A DNA stretch of 51,597 bases, counting the filler, from Catajapyx aquilonaris (Eukaryota): the NCBI GenBank assembly GCA_000934665.2. It is 3 parts of 3 records of this genome, joined end to end, with 100 filler letters (N's around TTAATTAATTAA, not from the genome) between each part and the next. Parts side by side here need not be neighbours in the genome. Positions count along the whole stretch, not along the records: positions 17,237 to 34,367 come from JYFJ02007023.1; positions 34,468 to 51,597 come from JYFJ02007024.1; 1 more part is not named here. One strand, given 5' to 3'. A program made the position numbers and the translations under genes. Shown piece after piece: positions 23,987 to 36,119 of this stretch. Position 1 is the first letter of the stretch; each line of letters opens with the position of its first letter. Under the pieces are notes generated by a model that worked only from the letters and a program-made list of their open reading frames with translations, was not told where the DNA came from and ran no database searches.

Positions 23987-26603
23987 AGCTGCAGAAATGT
24001 GGTATGCCTATCCCATGTTGCCGTGCCACGAGAACAAGATAATTATAGTAACTGCGATGTATTGTTTGTCTTTAGGGCTTAAACTTTCAAGTCCTGTTTT
24101 CTCAAAACTGTGCATTTGTGACATACAATAAGTGTGCAGGAGACAGTCGATGTATATTATGCAATTGACTCGGAGAAGGCAAAAAACTAATAAGTGATTG
24201 CATAATATATAAATTAGGGAACTAATACATATCTTTCTCTGCATTTCATTGTTCAAAGTGTCAAGTGTAGCTCTTATTTACTACAGAAATAGTCGCATAT
24301 TTTTGGCTATGCACATTATGCCATTTGGCAACAGCATTTAACGTTGCTATGTGCCCACAAATATTGTGTATACTTGTTCCTGAATGAGTATCCTAAATCT
24401 GTGCAGTGAAAATCGATTTAGATACTGGTAGTCATGCAATAATTCTACCGAATTCTACTGTATGTGAAAAATGGTTTTGTACTCCCTAGAATGAGTGCCA
24501 GCTCTACCAGGGTGGTATCCTCCAAGTCAAGACTTGAGAGGAGCATGTATACATGAAAAAATATGCAGGATCATCGTATGCGATCATATGTTTGTATAAA
24601 GTGTATCAACATTTCGGTTTTCCAGCACACATACACATAACCCTATTATTACTGGGCATTCCGGCACTCCCTGGCATCTGGCCTGTTTCGAATGGATGCT
24701 TGACCATCCCCAAGACATTTGGAAACTTACCATTGGGCTATGACACTGAGATCAGCAATATTTTGGCACAAGAAATCCTGAACTATACATTATTATAAGG
24801 ATTTTCTTTAATACTAACGGTTGATGTAACACATTTGGACGCATGCGAATTTTTGCCTTAATGTAAATATTGTCACGCTAATTTTTTCATTTTGCTGCAG
24901 TGCAGTGGGGTAACACAATGGGAAACCATTATTTTGAACATTTATTTTATTAATTCCTGTTTTAATTTACAATTTAGCAATTCCCAAAAGTTACCTTAAA
25001 ATGTTACAGAAAGAGAGAGATTGATGAACGTCATGGCAAGCTGTGGTGGCAATATACAGTATACAGAGCACTTCTGTCATAGTATCTCAGGTAATATAAA
25101 TACACAGGTGCCACGAAAACGCAAATCTTGCGTGTCTTAATAGTTGGTCAATATGTAGTTAATCCGGCAAAATAAACCTGGTTCCAATAAAGACAAACAA
25201 ATTATCGAATCTTTTGAGAGGTAGTTTGGTATTAATTACAATCGACCATGTTGTTACATTCGATAATGATGCAATGCTATTTGAAAAAAAAGGCGCATTA
25301 TTATAGGAAGCATTTCGAAATAACAACAAACCATATTTACCAGCTTTTTGTGCAGTCTGGATATTGGCTCTTTTTTCTTTCTCTGTATCATCACGATGTC
25401 GGCTATCACATACAGGTTTATGAGCAGGTAGAAAAATTATCTTGATGCTTTTTGTAACTCTCCTGTTGATTCACTCATGTATTATCACGTGTAAGAGAAG
25501 GAAGTGGGATGTGTCATGCAGCTTGTAACTTCACGCATTTGGTATTTTTTGCAACAATTCATAGCAGAAGACGCAAATCAAGTTCTGTGAGTATGCCTAT
25601 AACTTGCACGAGGAAGAAAATAATTATGCTAGTGTAACGTGTGAATGTACTCGATTGGTGCACGGATAAGATTTATCTTCCTGGCATCACAGGGTCCAAT
25701 AGGATACTGTATAGGACAATTACGTAAGCACGTAAATTGGAATTTGGCCTTGAGAGGGTTGATGGCCATGGTCAGACGAGATGATGAGTTGACTTGTACA
25801 GGACGCTGAAAAAAACTTTAGTACTGCGCAGAATTTTTACAGCGGGTTGTATTTCACGTTTTTTCTGGTAAATATGCATCATTGATTTATTCTGTCATTC
25901 TTTGCAAGTAGTGTCACAGTAAATCAATAAGACAAGAAATAATGGCTTAATATTGCATGAAAGAATGTAGCATGTATTAAAATAATTTTCTACACTTTTT
26001 CATACAGTACAGTATTTGCATGGAAGAATAGTTCACACATTTAGACAGTTCATTGCGTCGATGTCATTAATTGCGGTACGTTATTCCAGAAATTTTAAAC
26101 AATACACTGTGCTTTGCAATTATGTGATCTTGAAAGGTCGTTTATAACTTAATACTCTTATTTAATGGAAATATTTGTCACGTTTTGAATAACTGTGAAT
26201 GCATACGGTATATCTTTACGTCATATGATTACCACGACAATAAAATGTTCCAATAAGTTTAGAAACGACTATAAAACTTTACTGCTGTCTTGATGAATGT
26301 TGCTAGTCCAGATGAGGTTGTGCATGTTAATGAAGGAAAGAATTCACACTTGCATAACCTAACGCGCAAAAAAACAAATCAACGTAAACTGCTCGCAGTG
26401 ATATTGCATTTTGTGGTGTTCGGAAAATATTTGCTCATTTCGGTTGAGCAGCATGTTAAACGATTACGTAGGCGACTGATTTTGTCATGCTATCTACTGC
26501 ATATTCCTGCAGAATGAAGAAATTAATACCGTCTGATTCCCATATTTAATTCGAAAAATAATTTGAATATTTCAGATACATCAAGACGACAAATCATTCA
26601 ATC

Positions 26604-27437
26604 ATGTCCAAGTTATGGGAGGGCCGGGCATTCTGCCTGATCACTGGTGCCAGTCGTGGCATAGGGCAGGCCATAGCAGTGGAATTTGGACGTCGGATGG
26701 AGAAGGGCTCGGCCATCTTCATCATGTCCCGGGATGTGAAGGGGATGGATGAAACCAAGGCAATGGTGGCCAAGGCTGCTCCACACGTCAGCCTGGTGGC
26801 GGAATCAGTCGATTTGGGCAACTACGACGCGAGCACTTTCCTCCAGGCCATCAACTCCGCTCTCAGCAAGTTAGGAAGTAGGGCCTCCGACTTCCAGCAC
26901 GCCATCATTGTCCACAACTCGGCTTCCAAAGGTGGCAACAAAGGGGTAGCAGATATAGACCAGGCCTCGGAAATGCAGGAATATTTCAATCTGAATGTCT
27001 TTTCCGCCGTTTGCCTCAACTCCCAGTTTTTGAAGGTTTTTAATGAGGCTGCTGTAGACAAACGAACCGTTGTCCAAGTCACATCTAGAGCTTCTCATCA
27101 GCCAATGCCCACTAATTCTTTGTACGCATCGGGGAAAGTAGCACGAGATATGATTTTCAAAACATTTGCCATGGAAAATCCCAAAATTAATGTCATATGC
27201 TACGCTCCCGGAGTAGTCGCTACCAAATTGATGTATGAATTTGCGTCATCAATGGAGGAAGTTGGCATGCGTTCGGAAACATTTACCAAAAGTAAATATG
27301 TTTTGTCCCCAATTGCTTCTGCGCAAAAATTGGTGCAAATTCTTGAAGAAGGAAAGTACAATTCTGGGGATCATGTTGATGCTTATGACGATCCTGAGAA
27401 GGTGTATGGCTCCCTGGTACCCGCCGAATATATGTAA
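26604..27437 (+). CDS. Sptr: Sepiapterin reductase-like short-chain dehydrogenase/reductase, copy 1 (277 aa)
   Basis: Single-exon ORF; TGASRGIG Rossmann motif, MSRD (NADPH-type Arg), IVHNSAS, YFNLNVFS..LNSQFLKVF, catalytic S..YASGK, YAPG, SPR-typical C-terminus YNSGDHVDAYD. Confidence 0.9.
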   Translation: MSKLWEGRAFCLITGASRGIGQAIAVEFGRRMEKGSAIFIMSRDVKGMDETKAMVAKAAPHVSLVAESVDLGNYDASTFLQAINSALSKLGSRASDFQHAIIVHNSASKGGNKGVADIDQASEMQEYFNLNVFSAVCLNSQFLKVFNEAAVDKRTVVQVTSRASHQPMPTNSLYASGKVARDMIFKTFAMENPKINVICYAPGVVATKLMYEFASSMEEVGMRSETFTKSKYVLSPIASAQKLVQILEEGKYNSGDHVDAYDDPEKVYGSLVPAEYM

Positions 27438-27506
27438 GCCTTTGCCTGTGAGGAACATCATCAAGCGTCATTGTTGATCAGCCTATCTCAAAATCTGTAA
27501 AAAATT

Positions 27507-27507
<1 letters not shown>

Positions 27508-27542
<35 letters not shown>
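27508..27542. repeat. (TAA)n microsatellite
   Basis: About 11 ATA/TAA units just downstream of SPR copy 1. Confidence 0.9.
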
Positions 27543-29046
27543 TCTGATAATGGTAACGTCCTACATTTTTAGAACCAAATTCAAATGCACTGTGGGTAAC
27601 ATCCACAGATCACAGGTCAACAACCACTATACAACATCCCATTATGGACTTGGGTCCACTGGAGGGTGCAATGACCTGAAGTTATGACTTACCCTGTACA
27701 TTTCTTAGAATTTAATGGGCTAGTGTTGTGCTGTAGTTTTCGAGCTGAAATGTTCGTAGTGGTTATCGACTTTTGGAACTAAAGCTGGTTATTTTGATCA
27801 GTTACTTTTTCAGTTACTTGAAGTTATCAAAGTAATAAGTGCTGATCTTAGGCTGTGTGTAACCATAATTTTTTAAACCTGCAAATGGTGTTGGGCCTGC
27901 AATAATGATGATATCATTGAATCATTCACTTTCGACGACTATTGTTCTGATGGGCCATTTTCCCAATTGTAAATTCATTGCAATTCAAAAGATTGGATCG
28001 ATCATCCAATTTGGCTTAAGGTGGAAATGAAGCGACTTGCTAATCAAATGAGAGTCTAGAATTGGAATGTTAACAAGAAGGGCTAAAATCAGGGAAACAT
28101 ACGCAACCGATGCAGCAGTGAATGCTGTTCAATCCTATGCATTCCATTCGAATCTGCGTTTTAAACTCGATTTAATATGGGCCTATTACCGGCTGCAAGT
28201 TCTTGTGCGCAGGCGCCATTTTCACGACTGCCAACTTAAACATGGTATTTGCAGGTGTGCTTAATATTTGTTATTTTTGATGGATATCGATTTAATCCGG
28301 TCGTAATTACGAGGTCCCAATTTGTCATGGCATTTTTAAAAGTTTAGTTCCGAAAGGGGAGCCTGTAGCTCTTCATTTGTGTCGGATTTGGAACACGTTC
28401 AGTTGGTACGCGGGTGACAGATAGAAGCGGCAACGCAGCAAAGGTCCGGGCCAATTATCGCGTAGCAATGTGACGTCATTGCCGGGTGGATTCGAAAGAT
28501 TCGATTTTTATATTATAATTATAACTATATAAACTAATATAACGGTTCTGACGTCTGACAAACACCCCCGCCAAACGAAAATCCTGTGTGAGCCATTGTG
28601 AAAACCATCATACTAACTTGCACTCATATTTCGCGGTCGTATGCAACCGTATCTCGCTACCGTAAACAACGCAGTGTTGCCACGTCCTCACTCGAGTGGA
28701 GCAATGTGACGTCACTGTATCATTTTCGGATCGTTTTTCAGCAATACAAATTGAAAGAGCACGGTGAGGCATGTTTTTCTTTTTGCGGTTACGATCAGCA
28801 TATAATTCCCGACATATTCCACATTAAATTTTAAAATTCTCATTTGCTTATCATTTTTTTGTGGACTATTGAAAATTCTGCCATAAGGGCCCATGTTAAA
28901 TCGCGAACTTCTGAGCCCTCTAGTTCGCTAATTTGCACGGTGACGTGTATTTTTCTTTGCACCATTGATAAGAGGACACAAAACTGCGTAACATGTTTTT
29001 TTCATAAAATTCTCATTGAGTGACTCTAGCTTCATTTCCACCTGAA

Positions 29047-29768
29047 GGGTGGGATAAAGGTCCCGGCGCTTATGGAGATTGACAGGTTAAATGTCGGGCC
29101 TAATAACTCCGTAATTACTGAACAGAATGACATGAAATTTTTGACACAACACGACACAACAGCCCTTGTCACGGCTATGTTGAGCGAAACCTGTTTTAGG
29201 GATTCAGTTAATTATGAAAACCACGAAACTGAGAGGAATTTGAAGGCATGTGAGGAAATAATGTCCTGTGAAGAATAAGGACCAAATGCTCAACAAACCC
29301 TGAGACAAAAAGGTATTGTCTAGGAACACACCAACGAATGGGAAAAAAATAATCATGTCCTTTAGTGCAGTGTCAACAGAGTCATTAGAAGATAACCCCG
29401 CTCATGGAGATGCACATGTTCGGACACGTTAGCGTTTGGCATCATCACGTCATGCAAACTGAACCAATTGACGTGCAAATTTTCGTCACAGCATTCTACA
29501 TCACTGGTGTGTTGAGCGATTTTACTCATTTGGTACTTATTCTTCACAGGACATTATTTCCTCACATGCCTTCAAATTCCTCTCAGTTTCGTGGTTTTCG
29601 TAATTAACTGAATCCCTAAAACAGGTTTCGCTCAACATAGCCGTGACAAGGGCTGTTGTGTCGTGTTGTGTCAAAAATTTCATGTCATTCTGTTCAGTAA
29701 TTACGGAGTTATTAGGCCCGACATTTAACATGTCAACCTCAATAAGCGCAGGGACATTTATCCCACCC
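29047..29768. mobile_element. 722-bp MITE with ~240-bp TIRs (GGGTGGGA termini), full copy
   Basis: 29047-~29285 is the near-perfect reverse complement of ~29530-29768, which explains the mirrored ORFs 29072+ and 29537-. Confidence 0.85.
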
Positions 29769-31106
29769 TTACGATGAACAACCAATATAGATACAAGTAA
29801 CTATTCAAACTGCTCTAAAAAGTAGCTTATTGCCAATAAATAATATTGCTAACCACTACAAGTGACAAGAATATTCTCCTCCAAACGACCAGAACAGTTT
29901 AACAGTTGCTGATTCCTCTTTCAGGGGGGCACTTGATTTCTCAAGTACCGCGCTGTATAGAGTAATGTTTTTTAAATATTGAGTGTTTGTCGTCTGAGAT
30001 GAGCAGGAGCAGGAGTGGGGGTTGTTTATAGGTTTATTTTTACAAGTTTTAATTTAGTTGATCTTTTGGGTTAGCTTGTGGCTCCCGTCATCGCTGACTA
30101 CCCCTTTATATAGGGAAATGTCGTGATGGTGATGTTGTTGTTGTTGCTAACCACTACAGAAATTGCAATAGGAAACTTGTTGACAGAACTAATAACTATT
30201 TTGCAGTGGAAAATGTTTGCTTCTTGCTGTTGTAATGCAATAAAAGTACTATAGTGTGACTCACGTATTATTTTTTCTGATCATTCTGGTAATTGTCAAC
30301 ACCATAAGTATAAAATTCATGTCAATGATTGATCTTATCAATTATTTCTTTATGCTGAAATGTAAATCATAATTTGGGGGTAAGGTAAGGGAGGAGAAGG
30401 AAGAAAGACGGGCTATGTTCAACTAGGTAATGCGATGAAATAATGGGTTGCGGGATAGTAACTTTGAATATATTAGAGACTGGAACGTATACTGTACCAC
30501 CTTTTACTCCTTACAGTCTTGTACTTGCTACAACAGATAAGCCATCATCCAGTTCTAATGATGCAAGGCGTGTCATTAACGATTGTAATCATGCATGAAG
30601 TGCATTGATACAGATAATTAAGAGTCAGAACGATTGTTTGGTTTTGTCCTCTTTGAATGCAAGTTAACCTTGTAGTGTATGTACTGGCTTCAATGGCGGT
30701 TCATACTCTAAATAACTGGGCTTTGTATAGTAAAGTGCGTGCTGTCGTGATAGAGAGCTTTAAAAAAAAACGACACGCTCAGCAGGCAGAGAGTGAACGT
30801 GGTCCCGCACACAGTATATCAACATTATTTGGTGCTATTTCTTCTGCAGTGGTCCAAAATTCTGAATCCCTACCCAAACAAGGATCACAAAAAGGTAGAT
30901 AGAAAAATAGATGTACTTTTTGGGTCCTGTATTTATACTGGTGCAGCTGTGGGTAATGCCACTAATTACACTCGTTCACAACACAGTCAACCTGAATACT
31001 CGAACCGCAATAACACACAACACATTCATTCTCCGGCCGTCCTAGACTTCACGCTCATATAGATCATAATTAATTCTATAGGGTCCAGGCATATCGAGAT
31101 TCAGCC

Positions 31107-31946
31107 ATGTCCAAATTCTGGGAGGGCCGGGCATTCTGCCTGATCACCGGTGCCAGTCGTGGCATAGGGCAGGCCATAGCAGTGGAATTTGGACGTCGGA
31201 TGGAGAAGGATTCAGCCATCCTAATCATGTCCCGGGATGTGAAGGGCATGGATGAAACCAAGGCAATGGTGGACAAGGCTGCCCCATACGTCAGCCTGAT
31301 GGCGGAATCAGTCGATTTGGGCAACTGCGACACCAGCAACTTCCTCCAGGTCATCAACTCCGCTCTCAGCAAGTTAGGAAGTAGGGCCTCCGACTTCCAG
31401 CACGCCATCATTGTCCACAACTCGGCTTCCAAAGGTGGCAGCAAAGGGGTAGCAGCTATGGATCAGGCCTCGGAAATGCAGGAATATTACAATCTGAATA
31501 TCTTTTCCGCCGTTTGCCTAAACTCCCAGTTTTTGAAAATTTTTAATGAGGCTGCTGTCGGCAATCGAACCGTTGTCCAAGTCACATCACGACTTGCTGA
31601 ACAACCAATGCCGAATGCTTCCTTATATTGTGCCGCTAAAATAGGACGAGACGTGATATTCAAAACATTAGCTCTGGAGAATCCACAGCTGAATGTAGTC
31701 AACTACGCACCTGGGGCAGTGTCGACCAAACTCATGTGGGAATTTATGTCAACCCTAACAGCCCTTGGACTTCCGGATCAGACGGAACAACTGAGCCACA
31801 ATAAATACCTTTTGACGCCAACTGTTTCTGCTCTAAAATTGGTGGAAATTCTGGAAGGAGGAAAGTACAATTCTGGGGATCATGTTGATGCTTATGACGA
31901 TCCTGAAACGGCATATGGTTCAATTATTCCTGGCATGGACCTGTAA
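31107..31946 (+). CDS. Sptr: Sepiapterin reductase-like short-chain dehydrogenase/reductase, copy 2 (279 aa)
   Basis: Single-exon ORF; same motifs as copy 1, with catalytic YCAAK, NYAPG and YNSGDHVDAYD; tandem paralogue 4503 bp downstream. Confidence 0.9.
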   Translation: MSKFWEGRAFCLITGASRGIGQAIAVEFGRRMEKDSAILIMSRDVKGMDETKAMVDKAAPYVSLMAESVDLGNCDTSNFLQVINSALSKLGSRASDFQHAIIVHNSASKGGSKGVAAMDQASEMQEYYNLNIFSAVCLNSQFLKIFNEAAVGNRTVVQVTSRLAEQPMPNASLYCAAKIGRDVIFKTLALENPQLNVVNYAPGAVSTKLMWEFMSTLTALGLPDQTEQLSHNKYLLTPTVSALKLVEILEGGKYNSGDHVDAYDDPETAYGSIIPGMDL

Positions 31947-32300
31947 TATTGATACTTTGCATTAAAATGTATATAGTTTTGTTTTCTGCAGATTTACTGA
32001 CTAATACTGTACTATCAATACATTGACCTTAGTGGGCACTGAAAGTCATGTGTAGAACCGGGTCATTTGATATTATCAGGTGCTTATGTTGTATCGCAAT
32101 AAAAGTAAACTTTCGCAACTGTCACTATCATATCGCTTGTCTTTTTATCCCTATATAGTCCTTTATACAACAGTATAGTTACCATTTACCCCTCCACTTC
32201 CCCTGTTTGCAGATGATTCCGTGGCTACACTTTGAGATTAGGTTATATGCTCAGGCGCGAGGCGTGAGTAAAAATGGCCAACCTTTGTATAAGGCAAATG

Positions 32301-32508
32301 ACGACACGGTGATGTAGTGGTTAACGCCACAGCCTTCCACCTCTAAGGTCCCGATTTCGATCCCCGGGTCGGACGGAGGACACTTATGTGGAAGAGTTTC
32401 GATGGGTTCTCGCCGTCTGCGTGGGTTTTCTCGGGGTTCTCCCGTTTCCTCCCATTACCAAAAACCCATCACATAGCCTTCGTTGCTTTGGCACAATCAA
32501 CAAACTTG
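32301..32508 (+). mobile_element. tRNA-derived SINE with V-domain-like core
   Basis: A box (GGTGATGTAGTGG), B box (TTTCGATCCCC), core GTCTGCGTGGGTTTTCTCGGGGTTCTCCCGTTTCCTCCCA resembling the V-SINE domain; 11-bp flanking repeat TAAGGCAAATG (32290-32300, 32509-32519). Confidence 0.75.
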
Positions 32509-33804
32509 TAAGGCAAATGCATGTTGGGAAAAGGGTGTGTGTCTATCATAATCACAAAGTTGCCTTATAATACTATGCAAGGCATCTACCTAAAAGTACA
32601 TAGGCCTATAACGCTGAAGAAACTGTTCCAACAGTTTTTCACTTACCGTACATACAAATGCGTACTTTTAATCTAGGTGGTCATTGTACACTGATCTCTA
32701 GTCTGCTGATAAGAACGTCATTAGCTGAAAGATGTTATCCACTTGAGCATATATGGATAACAGGGTCAAGACTCGAGACATTTAGTGGACGGTGGAAACC
32801 CCGCCCACAGAATGATAATGAGATAACTGGGCTGTTGGGAAACATCAAATATGAAAGTCTTCTTCTGTCGAGCCAGTTATATTCCAGAATTTTCGGAAGA
32901 ATCAGTCAGGTGCCCAACAAGTCTATTAGCAGAGTGAGTTTTTGGTTATAATAACACTATCCACTTCAGGCTAGCATAAAATCATAGCGGTATGTTGTAA
33001 AGAATAAGCTCCATACTTGGCTAAACTAAATTTAATTCATCTCAAGGGGGATATACTCTAGCCTACAAAATCGCATATTGGAAGCGCGCACCATGAAAAC
33101 TCTAATTGCGTAAATATAGTATATTAGCTGCATGAAATATCGGGTTTAGGTACATAGTTATTTTATGAGTGCATGAATGTATTAAGGTGAGTTAATCAAA
33201 TGGATCATGCAGGCTACCTAATAATACTTCATGCAGATAAATAATGTTACGCATGTAGGCTACACAAATGTGGATTAATAATTTTTCGCCTTTAAATGCA
33301 TGGTAATTCTGTAGTATGGGTAGGGCCTACTGTCACGAATATTATTTATTTATACTTATTGAATGGGAATTATTTTCATTTATCATTTACACCGATTTAC
33401 GAAGTTGGCGGAAATTTATTTCTGAATTATTCACACGAATACATTTTAACAACTTTAAATACTTTTAACTTAATAAATTAATTAAAAGTTAAACTAAAAA
33501 ATACATAACTCTACAATTCTCTCTTCCCAATCCCCATCCTATACTTATCACTTAGCCAATAACTAACCTCGGACAATAAATTATTATAGACAAGACTCGA
33601 ATCGAATCTATATTTGCCGATCCGAAGTCCGACACCCATTCTGTAGACATATCAGCGCTGGCTGGATAATAAACACTTGCAACATCTGGACCACCGCACT
33701 GCGCCGTGTGATTAAAATCATAATTTAGAATCGTTAATAATTTTATGTAGTGGTGTATCTAGTTAATAGTTTACGCACATGTGTGCATATTTTGATGCTT
33801 TTAA

Positions 33805-34194
33805 GGGTGGGAAAAAGGTCCCGGCGCTTATGGAGGTTGACATGTTAAATGTCGGGTCTAATAACTCCGTAATTACCGAACAGAATTACATGAAATTTTT
33901 GACACAACACGACACAACAACCCTTGTCACGGCTATGTTGAGCGATTTTGCTCATTTGGTCCTTATTCTTCACAGGACATTATTTCCTCACATGCCTTCA
34001 AATTCCTCTCAGTTTCGTGGTTTTCATAATTAACTGAATTCCTAAAACAGGTTTCGCTCAACATAGCCGTGACAAGGGTTGTTATGTCTTGTTGTGTCAA
34101 AAATTTCATGTCATTCTGTTCAGTAATTACGGAGTTATTAGGCCCGACATTTAACATGTCAACCTCCATAAGCGCCGGGACATTTATCCCACCC
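33805..34194. mobile_element. 390-bp internal-deletion derivative of the 29047 MITE, TTAA-flanked
   Basis: TTAA|GGGTGGGA ... TCCCACCC|TTAA; aligns to 29047-29768 minus 332 bp. Confidence 0.88.
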
Positions 34195-34367
34195 TTAACT
34201 TTTCAATGCATAACATCCCCATATATATAAAGCTCAAAATTTGTACGTATTAATAAATGTATGTATGTCACGCCTAATGGGGAACTAGCCTTGGTCTGGG
34301 ATTTGGGATTTTTGTTCATAACTAGCTAGCCCATGCCCGTAAACATACATTCCATCACTCTGTTGCA

Positions 34368-34467
34368 NNNNNNNNNNNNNNNNNNNNNNNNNNNNNNNNN
34401 NNNNNNNNNNNTTAATTAATTAANNNNNNNNNNNNNNNNNNNNNNNNNNNNNNNNNNNNNNNNNNNN
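34368..34467. other. Assembly gap with artificial six-frame stop linker
   Basis: 100 bp: N44-TTAATTAATTAA-N44. Confidence 0.95.
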
Positions 34468-34892
34468 CTTCCCACGAGCTCGCGGAGACGTCGTGTTTTG
34501 CGACCATCGGGCGAGGTCGCAAGGTGCACGTCGTGAAAGGCGAGCTCGCGGCGAGGTCACTTTCCACGAGCTCGCGGAGACGTCGTGTTTTGCGACCATC
34601 GGGCGAGGTCGCAAGGTACAGGTCGTGACATGCGAGCTCGCGGCGAGGTCACTTCCCACGAGCTCGCGGAGACGTCGTGTTTTGCGACCATCGGGCGAGG
34701 TCGCAAGGTGCACGTCGTGAAATGCGAGCTCGCGGCGAGGTCACTTCCCACGAGCTGGAGGTGAAAGTTTTGAACATTTGTTCAGTAATCCGGTCTGCGA
34801 GGTGGCACGATGTGATTGCGAGCTCCATACGAGGTTGCAAGGTCCACACGACCTCACTGCGAGCTCGTGGCAATGTCAAATTTTGGTAAGGG
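34468..34892. repeat. GC/CpG-rich 92-bp tandem repeat (3 full units + partial + decayed unit), probably the interior and end of a DNA transposon
   Basis: Units start at 34468, 34560, 34652 and 34744 (CTTCCCACGAGCTCGCGGAGACGTCG...); decayed unit ~34795-34875; ends ..TTTTGGTAAGGG|TA. Confidence 0.85.
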
Positions 34893-36119
34893 TATTGCAT
34901 TTTTAATATCGTGAGATATTTAAAAATAATGCTATTTGAATAATTATGTAAGAGCCCTGTGATATAACTGGGATACTTGAAGCAACCCTGCCTTGTGAGA
35001 TTTTCATTGTGTAACTTTCTCATATCTCGAGAGGAAATTGACTCCAACATGGTTTGTGGTATTTTTCCGGTTCACTCTACGTGTTATGTTCTACTTGTTT
35101 CTCACGAATATGTAAATTATCCGTGCAGATGGGAAGACTTATTTTCGTAATAACAAAGCGTGTAAAATCAGGTAATTAAATTAGCATTGCAAAATCGCAT
35201 GAAATTAAAGAATGTCGAAATAGATTTCGAAATATTGTAAGAAAGGGGGCGAGTTTCTTTCTTTTGTTTAATTATGCAGCCAAATTCGTATCACTTACCA
35301 GCCAATGCAATTTACTTATTTCGGAGGTCTTTATCAGACCGATGTAAGGACACCCTAAACATGGCTGGCTTAACAGTGTTCTGCTGCATTACATGGAATA
35401 CCAGGTGAGGAAATTAAACTGCACAGAAGATTTTTTAAAAACCTCTGTTTTTGCAAATCTGTCAAAAAACCGCTTTCATTCGACTAAATCACGATTGGTT
35501 GCAATTTTTTAAACTTTCAAATGTCCCTATAAACATAAACATTTTAAATGAGTAAGGGCGTTGGCAGATGATGCCCAATTTTTCGAGTGACGTATTCTTC
35601 ACTAAAATGGACATTAATGAACATACTGATGAGAAATTTCAAGTTTGTAAAGCTTTCTGCCGTCATCGTCATTTTAAATGTGAAGCATATGGTGTCGTGT
35701 CTTTTTTTTCCCTGCCCCGCTCACGTGATTATTGATCCATCTGTATGCCACACACTCGTAGTGACATCGATAGAGCATCAAAATCCACTAAAGTTCATAT
35801 CTGCTGTAACTGTTTTAGGTTTCAAATGAAAACGGTGGGACACCTTGGTCGAAAATGGGGCCTGGGGGTGTTGTTTCTCTCCCCCTGTCATTGGTATTTA
35901 GTCATCTGCATACCTCAACAAAATGTATATCGACACCCACCTTCCGAAATCAGTAAAAGTAGTCTTTGTGACTTTTCCGGTTTTTGAATAACACAGACGC
36001 GAAGTTTCAACTGCTTTTTGCAGAGGGCCCTATTATTTTGTCCAACCCCTGCATAGTACACTACAATGATGATAATATATTTAATAATAAGTTATGTCAG
36101 AGTCGTGTGATATAACCAG

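Noticed and set aside
29072..29785. Repeated 68-82-aa ORFs (..NVGPNNSVITEQNDMKFLTQ..) at 29072, 29537, 33779, 33963
   Set aside because: Chance ORFs inside MITE inverted repeats, not a small-protein family.
32301..32375. tRNA-like sequence
   Set aside because: No clean cloverleaf; followed by a SINE core, flanked by a TSD, and has a second diverged copy near 15600-15675.
34468..34760. Regular repeats resembling a CRISPR array
   Set aside because: Units repeat over their whole length with no unique spacers; eukaryotic context; no cas genes.
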